The notes: generated by a model from the sequence alone, not told the origin. DNA of 64,000 nt from Entomortierella parvispora E1425 (GCA_020891255.1 BQFW01000014.1:930001-994000); one strand, 5' to 3'. Numbered from the stretch's first letter, positions 12,584-24,573 are shown. Translations and numbers: made by a program.

Positions 12584-13232
12584 CAACAACGAGTAATTCG
12601 TAGAACCCTCCTTTCTCTCCAATTCATAAATAATAATTTGTCCCTCCTCGGTGAACAACACTTGTTGTTTCTTTTGTTCGTTCATTACGGAAAGGCCCAC
12701 ATGTTTGTTCAAAATGGCACAGATCATTTTGAGGGTGGGAGAAAAAAGTGGAGAGACAGGACCGGGTGACCCCTTTTACACCTCTGGATCATGACGCGCA
12801 ATAAAGACAAAAAGTCCTGACTCGAGGGCGGGAGGGGAGGGAGGAAAGAAGGGGAGAGAGAAGAGTGAGATCGAGATAAGCCCTCATAAAGAAAAAAAAT
12901 CGCGTGTTTGAGCAAGAATATCGTAAAAAAGCCCAATCAGAATGACTCTATCCAGCATGCACTGCGCTCTCACTCTCGCGTCTGGGCCTGAGGATTGAGG
13001 ACTGTCCGGGATCCAGGTTGTTCCTCATAGACAGCCCAGCTAGTGTACTCGAAGAATTGACCCGCGCGACCATTCTCGGTTATCAATCATAAATAATCGA
13101 ATGCGTCCATCCACGGTAGCAGTTATCCACGATAACACAAAGAGCAACAACAGCAGGGCATGAAAAAAAAACTTCGATTTTCAACTTTTATCGTACAACT
13201 GAAATGTCCATGGTTTGTCCGTCCCCAACTCT

Positions 13233-14661
13233 CTATTTGCGTGGGCATTCCATATCCTCGACAACCGACCAAACTTCCTTGGCAATCTTCTTTTGCGCAG
13301 CCAAGGCAGCCTCGGGAGAGGTGTCACCATCCTCGCCACAGCATCCACGAATGGTCAAGAAGCGTCTACCAGTCAAAAGCTGTCCATCCGTGACCTCACG
13401 ACCGCAGCCATCTACAACCACGCCACCAGATTCGCGGACAATGATAATTCCAGCGCACACGTCCCTAAAAACATGAGAAGAATCAACATGGTCAGGTTGA
13501 CAACAATGAATCGATGACAAGTAAAAACCGTTAAATGAGACGAGTATTTTTTGTTGGTGCATTTACCATTCCCAGCATCCGACCTCCCAATAGACATCGA
13601 ATTGTCCCTGGGCGACTGCCATCATGTTCAACGCCGCACTTCCAAGGCAACGAATACCATGGGCGTGGCCGACTGCTCTTCCTGGGGTGGCAGGAGATGG
13701 ATCACGAGCAGAGAGGTTGCGCATCGACTTGACCTTGGGGTCAATCACCTCAGCCTTGCGATCTGATCCATACTCTCCTGCAACGAGGGCCATTGAAAGC
13801 GAGGGCAATGGAGGGGCGGGGTGAGGATAGGAAAGGGGCAAACGGCGACCCTGCTCTCGAGGGTTCTCATCAATCTTGGACAAATAGGCACCCTGACCCT
13901 TGGCGGCGGTGAACAGCTTATCATGATAAAAAAAAATCAAGAAGCAATAAAAGGCGAATTAGACTCTCCCTCTTGCAGGCTAGTTTACAAAGGCGTGCGA
14001 AAGCTAAAGGTCGGATCAGGATTTACCTGGTTCATCATGGGGTTGTAGATGACGCCGACGACGGGCTCCTGGTTGATGGTCAGACCGATCGAGATGCAAG
14101 AGAATGGGAACCTGCAATGAATCGATATGAGTTAGGTCCAGATCAGGTAGATCGACACTCTTCCAGATCATGTTTTGAAGGCAACATACCCATGAACAAA
14201 GTTGGTGGTGCCGTCAATTGGGTCGACAATCCAGGTAGGAGCATCAGTCAAACCGCACTCCTCTCCACCAGCAACGGTTTCCTCGCCAATGAAACTAATA
14301 TGAAAAATGATGACACCCTGCATGTGTCAAAACAAATGTACGGAGCAAGAGCAAGTAACTAGATAAAAAAAAAAAAAAAAAGGGAGAGTGTCTCCTCTTC
14401 TTCCTTCTTCTCTTCACAGACGGTAGCTTACGAGTGACCTTTCATCTTTTCGGCAATTTCAGCGCGAACCATCTTCTCAACCTTTTGGTCCCACTCTGTG
14501 ACGAGGTCGGCGGTGTTGCCCTTCTTGACAAGGAGCGCGCTCCGTTCGGGAGAGAAGCGGGTGTTGAATCCCTCGAGAATGACGGGGCCGGCCAATTTGG
14601 CCAGATGAATGCCAAAGTCCAAGTAAGACTCGAGTTCGGCGGTGGTGTATGTGTAGCTCAT
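13233..14661 (-). CDS. INM1: Inositol monophosphatase (IMPase), multi-exon
   Basis: [60 protein letters not shown] are IMPase signature motifs. GT-AG introns. Confidence 0.93.
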
Positions 14662-14847
14662 GGGCGGAGAAGCAGGCGGGGTTGAATGAATGGGTGAATG
14701 GAGATGAAGAGATGAGATGCAAACCCTCCGTCCACACTGTGTGTGCGGGATCGCAGATGCGACCAGCAGTCACAAGTCCTCCTAACCAACGGTGGTTGCA
14801 CGCGTCGAGAACCAAGGGTCTATTGTCGTTGTTCAACTCTATTTTCT

Positions 14848-15099
14848 CTAAGTACACTGGCGGACACTGTCCTTGATGCAGTCTTTACGACGGATGTCAA
14901 TGGCTGTCCCCGGCCCGCAGCGGAACCTGTGCTTGATGAATGCCTCGTCGCAAATATAATACGTCCGGCAAGACTCGGTGTCTGCCAAAAGCTGAAAGGA
15001 TGTCGTGCACTCAGTCATAGGAGCAGCGCTTGAAAACTGGATTTGCAGCAGGTACACAACTGTTAGCGAGCTGGCGAGAATGAAATTGGCGCTGTACAT
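14848..15099 (-). CDS. Small secreted protein (83 aa) with one chitin-binding CBM14/peritrophin-A-like domain
   Basis: Signal-peptide-like MYSANFILASSLTVVYLLQIQFSSA followed by six Cys spaced C-x12-C-x5-C-x10-C-x12-C-x7-C, with CRTYYIC and RCGPGTAID resembling the ChtBD2 consensus. Confidence 0.75.
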   Translation of the reverse strand: MYSANFILASSLTVVYLLQIQFSSAAPMTECTTSFQLLADTESCRTYYICDEAFIKHRFRCGPGTAIDIRRKDCIKDSVRQCT

Positions 15100-15811
15100 T
15101 TTGAATGAGATTTTTGTTTTCTATGATTGTGAATTAGGAGAAAGAATAAAAAAAAACTATGGAGTTCGTTCAGAGAACGGCATCGACTGCTCAAGTTCTC
15201 TCCTCCTGTACATTCTTTTTGCCCTTTCTTTTTTCCTGGCGCGGAGCAAGGAGATATGCAAGAGATGCAACAATGAAACTAGCGCGACCCTGACCACAGC
15301 TTTCGTCTCAAAGACGTCGTCAGGTGGAAAATGTTAATTCCTCGGTATCAATAGCTTTTGAGGTTATACGCGATCCACAGAGGTGTGAGCCATGCAGGTC
15401 ATCGCCAACCTGGACGTTTTGGGAGGTGTTTGCAAGGTGATAAAGTCGTTGTGCGGGATTTTTTTCAATGGGGACCTAAAACGCGCCTTTTTTTTGGTGT
15501 CCACTAGTTCACAAAAAAAAATGCCTCTGCTGACGATCCCCTTTGGACTGTCGAGAAGGAACGCAGGGACTCACAAAAGAAACGCAATGCCAACGTGCAG
15601 GTGGATTGCTGTCTCTCTTTTCAGAACCCCACGCGCCCTTTGGGTTGAGCTTAACCCCCCCGCTGCCATATCTACTCTTAAGCCTCCCTGGACTCTTTCT
15701 TTCTCTTCTCCCTTTCTCTTTCTTTTCTCCATCATTTGCACCCTCTCGTGGGCTATCACAAAACCATCCTTTGCCCAAAGTCAAACAACCCCCCCCCCCC
15801 AAAAAGTCGTC

Positions 15812-16237
15812 ATGTCCGCTCTAACAACCATGCTGGCTTGGTTGATACCTTGTATTATCATTGTTTTTGGTGTGATTGCTTACCGGGTATATGTCTACAA
15901 GACTAGAGGCCCTTTTGTCCCTTCGTACCTTCAACGCAACATCTTTGCTCGCACCCGAAGCTTCCTTCCTCGAACCAATTCCTTCTCCAACAAGACAGCA
16001 GATGGTGGCCCTGCAGGAAGTATCACTACCACACCTGGACAAGTTCCTGCAACTGCTCTGCGGAACGAGACAAGAATCGACATGACACCTTCCTCAAGTT
16101 CTCAACCCCCACAGTCCGTGGCCACGATATCACACCCAATTGCTACCCCAAGTCCGTCGGGTCCCGGAAGTGATCCTTCGTCAATATCCAAACCCCCACT
16201 TTCGCCAGCCATTTCGCGCCTCTTGAGCATGAAATAG
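15812..16237 (+). CDS. Hypothetical single-pass membrane protein (N-terminal TM, S/P-rich tail)
   Basis: MSALTTMLAWLIPCIIIVFGVIAYRVYVYKTR: hydrophobic stretch followed by basic residues, downstream of a pyrimidine-rich leader. Confidence 0.6.
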   Translation: MSALTTMLAWLIPCIIIVFGVIAYRVYVYKTRGPFVPSYLQRNIFARTRSFLPRTNSFSNKTADGGPAGSITTTPGQVPATALRNETRIDMTPSSSSQPPQSVATISHPIATPSPSGPGSDPSSISKPPLSPAISRLLSMK

Positions 16238-16404
16238 CAGTAGGTTTTGCTCAACATGGGAAAGGACCCCTGCGATCATGGTCCAAGTCAATGCGGCAAT
16301 TTTTTTCTTTCCAATAAAACGATTCCTGCCAAACGCGCCATTTTTTTTTTAAGAGAGAGAGAGAGAGAGAGGGAGGGAGAAATGCTCTCACAGTCAAGAT
16401 CTTT

Positions 16405-19343
16405 TTATTTCTGGCCTCCACCTCCGCCAAAGAACCCTCCTAGAACTAACGAAGAGGTGGAATTTTGGATGGTCTTTTTCCGCAACGACGCAACCTCGGC
16501 CGGCGAGAGCTGCAGGACTGTGGTCAGGACGGGCAGCAATTGTTCCCGATCGGACGTCTCAAGGTATTTAAGAACAATGTTTTTAAGATAATCCACGCTG
16601 AGATTCTGCCGTCTCTCAGCTCGATCTAGGCTTCGAATCTCTTCTTTCAGGACCTGTTGGCATGTGTGGGAAACAAGAAAAATGAGAAAAGAAATAAAAC
16701 AACGAGCTACCAACATCGCCTTCTATCCTTACCTTTTCTTGATCAAGCAATCTCTGATGGTTGGCCTCGCTCTCATTCAAGAGTTCTGAGAGATGTTGCA
16801 ACTTGACTTGATATTCCTTCTCCTTGGATGACGTCAGAGGGGAAGTCGATCCTAGACCCACATTGCTGCCGTTATCACCGCCAAAAGGTGACCTCTCGAC
16901 TAGAGGCTTTGAAGCCAAAAGATCGGACAGGGTTGCTATGAGAAGAAAAGTGTTAAGAGTGCGTGTTAGAACAGGCACATCTCCACCAAATAAACGCAGG
17001 AAGAACGAGGTGATTGTATCCATTACAATAAACAGGGGGTCTCTCAGCAGGAAGAGACAATGATGAAGAGGCTCTCGAAATCGGTGATTCTTGGTCAAAG
17101 GGTGAGAAAGAAGACCGTGGACCAAGCGCCGTTGACACTGCGAGCTGTCCAGTGCCTTTTCCATCCACTTCTTGATTTGAGCCTGACTGGATATGAGTGA
17201 ACGATGGGGCTTCAGAACTGCTCTCGGCGCTGCTAATAAGATCCCTGAGGTTCTGGATTTCCTGCTTTGCAACTGCAAGTTCGTCGCTTGATCGATCCAA
17301 AATCTTCTGCAGCTCAGCGTTCTCTTCCTCCTTTTTAGCGAGTCGGTCCTCAATGTGCTTTGTCGTGCCACCTAGCTCCTGCATCAGACTCTGAGCTTCG
17401 ACTTGGCGCAATTCTTGAAGAGAGGCGAGACGAGATTCTGCGGCCTCACGTTCTCTTTGAGACTCCTTGAAGGACCGCTCTAGATCCTTAAGTTGCCTGG
17501 CATGTTGACGCTCCTGTCGGCGGTTCATCTCATGACTAGACTCTAGACTTGCAATCTGATCCATGGCCAGTTGTAACTCGCTTTCTAGCGCTGATCTCTT
17601 GGAGTCCGCGTCCTGAAGCTCCTGAACAACTGATCTAACAATCGTGAGTGTATTGGAGAGTTAGCCTTGTAAAGTAAAAATATCTCCAAAAGCACCTGAC
17701 GCTGTACCTGTTTTCTTTAGACAATGCATCCAATTGAAGTTGAAGTTCACGCTCTTTACTGTCGTCGTCTGCTTGTACTGACTCCCGTTGTTGCTGCAGT
17801 AGCAAGCTTGCTCGCTGCTTATACTGCTGGTATTCTGTCTTCAGCTTCTCGAGCTGAACATTGGTTTGACGATATTTACTCTCCTATTTCGACATACTTT
17901 AGTTAGTAGGGATCCTTGCAATAATGGCTCCTAAATGGCCATTCTTGTCATTGGTTTCTCTACATACCACCTGCTCTAGTTTTGTTGCTGCCTGTTCAGA
18001 CTGTTTCTTCAGTTCAGTCTCCAACTCCTGTACCAACTCTAGGATGTGTCCAATAAGGAGTTGTCTTTGGAGTAAGCGACAGTTGGCCCGTAGATAACAC
18101 AAAAATAAGTAGCTTAATGACGATAACTTACGACTCTGCTCCATGACCTGCTCTTCTGATGGCCCTTTCGAGTCCAATCGCGACTTCAGCTCCGCAATCT
18201 CTTCATCCTTGGCTGCGATTGACTGGCGGTATTCGTTCAAGTTTTTGTTCGCAGCTGCAAAAATGGCCTTCATTTTTTTCATTTTTTCGTCGTGATCTGA
18301 TTTTTGCTTTGCAAGTTCGTTGGTTCGCTGGGTTAACGATCCTTCTAATTCCTTGCACTGTCCATTCTTTTCCGTCAACGCCGCTGTTGCCTCCGTTACT
18401 TTAGCCTCCAGGATGGCAATGTCTGCACTGTAATCCTTGGCTGGCACTGAGGCAGACGCTCCCGCAGATCCTTTGACAGTTTCTTTCTCTTCCGGTTTAG
18501 TTTCCACGTCTTCATTTTGATTAGGTGTCAGAGTCGCGCCTAGTGGATCGTCCATAAGCGCCGTAATGCTTGGTACTTGTTTATCGTCGGATGCAGAGAT
18601 GCCATCGGTGCCTTTGATCGTTGGAGACAAGAATTCGTCCGTCGCCTTGTCTTCCAATGTCGCCCTCATTGCCTTAATAACCGCCCGCGCCTCGATTAGC
18701 TCTTCATTTAGGGCCTCTTTCTCATCGCGAAGCTGCCCAACATCTTTGGCAATCTAATAGGGTAATCCATAAGATATTTGATAGATTTAGCCCATTTGGA
18801 CGTGGCAGGCCCGTGCTGGAAACTGTTCTGATCAAATTGCACTGACCTCAAGCTTCTCCTGAGCCGACTTCTGGAGCATCCTTTGATATGTCTCGAGGTC
18901 GTTGTGTGCTTCGTCTAGTTGTGCAGCAAGTTGCGCATTGCTGGAGAGTGGGCTGGACAGAAGATGAACATATACCCGAGTTAGCGCAATGCTCCAACAC
19001 TGGACCTTCATTCAGTCATCCATTGTGTCCGTGAGTCTTACTTGACTGTTCCTGCTGCCCGAGGGTTCCCATTCCTTGGCTAAAAATATAAAGTGGGCGA
19101 TTACTTGACTGCCACAGCTGCTGAAATGCGAGTTCCAGCATGTAACATTCAACATCTTGCATCCAACATTACCTTTCGTGCTGGACTGCTACCGCCATTC
19201 TGCTGCTGCTGCTGCTGCCCCGCAAGTGGAGACCCTGGAGGTCGTCGAGCAGCAGCAGGCGATCCTGGTCGCGAGTCCAGCGCCTCACTGGCCAAGGCGG
19301 CGAATGAGGATTCGGACGCCTTTTTAAGCAGGGTATTGAACAT
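16405..19343 (-). CDS. GRIP-domain coiled-coil golgin (Imh1/golgin-97-like), multi-exon
   Basis: Long coiled-coil exons and a C-terminal NLSVDYLKNIVLKYLETSDREQLLPVLTTVLQLSPAE, which is a GRIP motif. Start MFNTLLKK at 19343. Confidence 0.85.
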
Positions 19344-20874
19344 GAGAAGTGGGGACCAGTGTAACTTGAGTGTCCAGATGAGAAAGAGGAATGACCAGAA
19401 ACGATGATGAATGAAACGGAGGAGATGGAGAGATGGCGAGATGGCGAGATGGAAGGGCGAGGGGATGAGCGCCCTGTGGAACTGCAAAGTTGGCGGCAGC
19501 TTGCGTTTCCAGAGGGTGACTTGCCATTGGTGGCGCGCACTCTCGCGTTTCCGTGCTGTGAATTTCTTGGTGAGGCCATCTCGTCGATCGATCTCTTTGC
19601 TCTGATTTGAACTTGTCGTATGGCCATCCGTTCAAACCAAAAAAAAAAAAATCAGTCGGCGTATCTCCAGCGGATGACAACCACAAACCATTATTGTCTC
19701 CATGTTTTCGACACGCAGACTTTTCAGATCAAGGAATCGAAGTTCGGTTGGAACCAAAGGAGCTGTTCTCAGATTCAGGAAGTATAGCCATTCGTTGGCT
19801 AGCTCTTGATGATAGGACTGCCCTCGGAGGCCTCGGGTTTGGACTGGACGATGCATGTGTCTTTGTTTCTGTCATCACGAGAACCATTTGGAATGTTGCC
19901 CTTGGACCCCGTATGGGACCTCCACGAAGGTTGACTGCGATGGAAACTGACTCTCTTGACGACTGAGAAAGGGGGCTCGCGATATCGTATGTCCAATTAG
20001 ACTCGGTGGCGAAGTAGGGCCACGACTCAGGAGTAAAAGTCGATCTAGAGCTGATGGGTTCTCTATCTGCTTGCTCAGGAGTCTTTGCTTACGTCTGGTT
20101 GGCGCCAGGGTAAATCTTGTCCAAGGTACGAAAAAAGGGTCTGCATTCTAATTTGACCCTGCTGAGGTCGACGAACTGGAATTGATGCACAGAGCCGTCT
20201 TTTTGTGCAACATTCCCGTATTCTGCATTGGCCTGAAGTGTGATCGAAGGTGATTGTTTGTTCGTGGCAAAAAAGAAGCAAAGGATCGCCCATATTGCTC
20301 AATTGTGCTGAATGATCGTTGATTCAGAGTTCGATACTGCACGTTTCAACTTTGATGGAAGAGCCAGGCTTCTGAGGCATCACTCCGTGTCGGTCTCTTC
20401 ATTTTTGCAACTGGAATCGGATAGGCGGATACCAGCCGACCTGTTAACTCGACAACAATGGGAGCCAGGATCTACTGAGCTTCCAAAGCTCGGTTGCCAT
20501 CGACAAAAAAAATGGCTGGATTCCGTTCCTTCCTTGAAAAACAACAAAAAAATTGAAAAGGGACCTGAGAAATGCTTTGAGAACACAAACGCACGCACGA
20601 ATGCACACACGCACACACACGGACACACACACCCAGTCCGTATCAAGAAAAACATTTTGCCATCACCACACTATATCGTTCACTTGCCATCAGCACCACT
20701 TTCGCGATATAAAAGAACCAAAGTCTTCCCATCCCCCCTGTTGACTTTTTTTCTTTTCTCTCCTTTCAGATCTCCTAATCTCCACAGCTCTCTTCAGTTC
20801 CTTGCATTCATACTTCTGTCAGACATCCACAGTCCTTGACGCCGCCAACGAACCGGTTCTTCAAACCTGCCAGA

Positions 20875-21679
20875 ATGAGTCCATCACGGAGCGAGAAGAG
20901 CACAAGGACAATCCCACTGCTGCTCGAGTACACGAGCGAAGGCAGGGAGAGGGCACGTCAAGAGGAACTTTACACCCCTCCAACAAGACTCTGGCGGTGG
21001 TGTATCGCCCCTGTGGTGTTCATTGCAACGATGGTAAGAGTCTCATAAGGACAAAAACACCCTCGATATCATTTACGTAGAGACTCAGTCTGGACCTTCG
21101 CAGTAACTCTCGGGGGCTGGCGACCGACCCTCCTCATCCCTGTCCAGCTCCAACAAGGGGCACGAAACAGGCAGCGGGGGATGGACAACTTTGCCTCTTT
21201 CGCATGTTAAAAACAGCCAAAGAGCAAGAGCGAAAGAGTGAGAGAGCGGACATCACCCTTTTTGAACCAGAGAGAGGAAAGAAAAAGGAGTCTGACCACC
21301 AGCGACAGTGTCCCTTTTGACATCCCCTTGCTGCCTGGCTGCCCTTGATTCCGGGGTGTGCAGGCAGCGGGAGAAAGAAATCACGAGTGAGCTCCTGCTC
21401 TGACTCCTGCTCCTGGAAAAAGAAAAAAAAAGACTGGCCGCCACCGGTTATGACGATGGCAGACTGTGGAGAGGGAGTGCTGCGAGCCTTCTTTCTTCGC
21501 TCGCTGGTTTCTTTGCCTTGCTTCTCTGCTTTGCTTCTTTCCCTCTCGCTGCCTCCTCTTCACGATCACCCTCTCGACGTCTCCCTTCTTCCCTCTCCTC
21601 TCCACAGGAACCACAAGACGAACACAGACAGGGAGAACACAGGCACAGCCAGGCACAGGATCGCTGCAGCAACACACTT

Positions 21680-21710
<31 letters not shown>

Positions 21711-23050
21711 TTTGTTTCTCTCTTTTGCTGCCCTCTCGCCCTTCTCGCCCTTCTCGCCCCTTTGTTCTTCGCCATGCCTCCACTGCAAGAAGTAATTCAT
21801 TCCAATCTGTACATTCTCTCTCCATCCAGCCCATCCATGCCTGCCTTCTTGCATGCAGACGAAAAGGGGAGCCGCCCGGTTTGGACTAGAAACCTTAATT
21901 AACCACCTCTGTGTTTTACTCTCTCTAGATCCCCGCGTCCGTGCTGCTGATCCGCATCCTTCAGGCCCAGAACCAACAGGCCGGAGTGATGCAGCATGGT
22001 ATCACCCTCATCCCCACACTCTCAGTCGGCGTTGACATCATGGGCATTGGTGTTGTCTTGGTCTCTATCATGGGTCTAATCGGCGTAGCCAAGGGATGCA
22101 GTAGACTGATGCACTGGGTACGCACTTTGAACTCTGTGTTTGAAGTGATGGCCAAAACTCTTTAGATGAAAGACTAATTGTTACCTTTGCTATCACGATA
22201 TAGTATTTTGGACTTGTTCTGTGCTTCATTGGTGTGCAAGTGGGATACGCAGTTGTCGGCTTTATGTCAGGATCCAGCTGGATCCAAGAGGCTCTCGAAA
22301 GATCTTGGGACAAAGCTTATGAGAACGATAGGAGTTTGATTCGTGACCTTCAGATTGAGGTAAAAATGAACAAAGAGAAGAAAATCCTTGCTGGATGAGA
22401 ACAGAAAAATGCTGACCATACCATTTTCCTATTTGACATGATAGTTCAATTGCCAAGGTTTCTTCACACAGGACGATAGAGCAGTCTTCTCGCCTTCAGG
22501 ACCAATCGAGTACATCCCTGCCTGTGGTGAGATCCTTCAGGCTCGCTTTGGCCAACGTCTTCAGCGTCTTGGAACTCTTATTCTCTGCATCCGACTTATC
22601 CAGGTACTATAAAAAGAGAGATTGTTCTTTTGACGGGAAAACTAAGTGTTTAACCAACCCTGTCGCCTTTCCTATCTATAGTTGACTGGCGTGTTCCTGC
22701 TCTCGATCCTTTTCAAGCACCTCGCAGTCATGGATCAGGACGATGAAGAGGACAAGGTCGACGAAGAGTCACCCTACTTCAAGAGTGAAAAGCAAATTGA
22801 AGATGAGTGCTCTCGTGTGCCGCTGTTGTCAGGCGATGACGAGGACCTTCCTCATTACACAGCAGAGGATATCTATGGCGAAGAGTATGCAGACAGCGAT
22901 TCATCCGAGACAGATGATGATGAAGATGAGGAGCGTCGACTATGTGCTGACCGATTCAGCGAATGCGAATACCCTTACCATGATCTAGCCTCAACCTGCC
23001 CCCGTTACGTTGAGGAGGATGATAGCGAGACCAGGGTTTACGTGGCGTAG
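20875..23050 (+). CDS. Tetraspanin-like four-TM protein with acidic C-tail, multi-exon. Intron 1 is 21034-21928
   Basis: Spliced product has four hydrophobic segments (WCIAPVVFIATM/IPASVLLI, GIGVVLVSIMGLIGVA, YFGLVLCFIGVQVGYAVVGF, LGTLILCIRLIQ/LTGVFLLSILF). The large loop carries FNCQGF and PACG. Confidence 0.75.
21682..21710 (+). repeat. (CT)n microsatellite in tetraspanin intron 1
   Basis: Read directly from the sequence. Confidence 0.85.
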
Positions 23051-23184
23051 TCGCGTTTCAGGCTCTGTTGATTCCAATTGTACAATATTTCCCAATAAAG
23101 ACCCCCATCATTTACTCAAACTTCTCTCTCCTCTTTCCTGCTCTCGACGAACTTGTGGCATGTCCGCAAGATTACTCATTCACC

Positions 23185-24573
23185 ATGAGCTCGCATGCAT
23201 GCAGACCCCTTTGCTTTTGTCTGGAGTCTGCAACCCTCATCCCCACCGCTGGCTATGGCCTTGTGTACGAATGCCACTATACAGATACCACTGTTTGGAA
23301 CTATTACCCTGTGGACAGTCAAAAGCTTGCGGGAACGTTTTGGAGCAATGTCGCGTCACCAACATCGAGCTGTGCAACGCAGGAACGACCCCACACTGGC
23401 CACGAAGAGTCCGGGCTCTCCATCTTCCCCGCTGCCGCGCTGCCTCAGTCTTCAAGCACGACCGCCACAAACGAACAACTCACACCGACAACACGACCAC
23501 GAATTTGCGGCTTCCATTTTCATGCACAGGACTGGGCCTCTTTCGCCGAACGATTTCGACAGGCGTCGTTCAAAAGTTCGCAAAAAAATCTCGCATCCAA
23601 CGTCTATTATTCTCAGCACTATCAGGCACTTGCCCGGGACTTTCCAGAAGAGCACTACGCGATTGTCTTGATGGCCAGAGCGGCGTCCTGTCCGACACAG
23701 CTGGCATCTGTAGCACACTGGCTTGGTTGGGAGGCAGCCCTAGATTATCCAAAGCTCTTTGGTGAACCTCCGAACTGCTACTGCAACAGGCCGATGACAT
23801 TGTGCTGGCTGTGCCCGGACCAGAGACCGCCTGGTTACTTTTGCCATCAGCGCCAAAAGGCCAATATTGGAGGCTGCTCGCGCTTTGTTGAACAAAAGCC
23901 CAGGAGCCTTCGACAACCGCTTCAACCTTGCCATCCTCTCTTCGGAGTGCTGCAGAACCCAAAGACACTCGAAGGGCGTGCTGCGGCTCACCATAGTCGT
24001 ACATCCTCTTCTGGGCTACCTGTGGCTCAATCTGCGATTAAGGTGTGGAATTGCATCACGACTGGCGTAACGGACAAGCTGGTTGACGGAGTAGACGAAG
24101 GCAAGGTAATATCTAGAGAGACCCAAAAGCAGTCCCAGCCAATGGACCCGTCTGCGGAATGGCTGTCGGGACAAGGTACGACCGAACGGGCGGCAGAGCC
24201 CGATGCGTCTGGATCGGATGATCTTCAGCAGAAACTCGCTCTTGGAAAGGAAACGCTCGCAAAGCAAGCCCAGCGTCGAGCTATTCAGAGTGCGATCAGA
24301 AAAAAAGTCATTGAGGATTACCATAAATCCAAGAACGCGCTCGAGTTATGGGCAGGATCTGTAGAGCGGTTGAAAGCTAAAGTCCAAGCCCTGGAACAGC
24401 TAGGGTATAACAACCCTGAGTTGAAGTGTGTTGCCTGTCATGAGGGGCCGATCGACTACGCAATGCTACCTTGCTTTCATATGGCAATGTGTTCTACCTG
24501 TATTTGTGAGCTGAAAAGCTGTGTCCTCTGCAAAGCAACTATCAAGGGCGTCCAGCGAGTCTACTGGGGATAG
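23185..24573 (+). CDS. Intronless protein with two Cys/His (GRF-like) zinc modules, a coiled coil and a C-terminal RING-HC finger, putative E3 ligase
   Basis: C-terminus CVACHEGPIDYAMLPCFHMAMCSTCICELKSCVLCKATIKGVQRVYWG is C3HC4_3-type. N-terminal PLCFC...YECH...CGFH and PNCYC...YFC...GC modules. The ORF is open from 23068, but the likely ATG is 23185. Confidence 0.8.
   Translation: MSSHACRPLCFCLESATLIPTAGYGLVYECHYTDTTVWNYYPVDSQKLAGTFWSNVASPTSSCATQERPHTGHEESGLSIFPAAALPQSSSTTATNEQLTPTTRPRICGFHFHAQDWASFAERFRQASFKSSQKNLASNVYYSQHYQALARDFPEEHYAIVLMARAASCPTQLASVAHWLGWEAALDYPKLFGEPPNCYCNRPMTLCWLCPDQRPPGYFCHQRQKANIGGCSRFVEQKPRSLRQPLQPCHPLFGVLQNPKTLEGRAAAHHSRTSSSGLPVAQSAIKVWNCITTGVTDKLVDGVDEGKVISRETQKQSQPMDPSAEWLSGQGTTERAAEPDASGSDDLQQKLALGKETLAKQAQRRAIQSAIRKKVIEDYHKSKNALELWAGSVERLKAKVQALEQLGYNNPELKCVACHEGPIDYAMLPCFHMAMCSTCICELKSCVLCKATIKGVQRVYWG

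Noticed and set aside
13105-13130. CCACGGT...GTTATCCA is partly complementary to recalled 18S rRNA TGGATAACCGTGG
   Set aside because: The match is short and gapped, has no target U in guide geometry, and is expected by chance.
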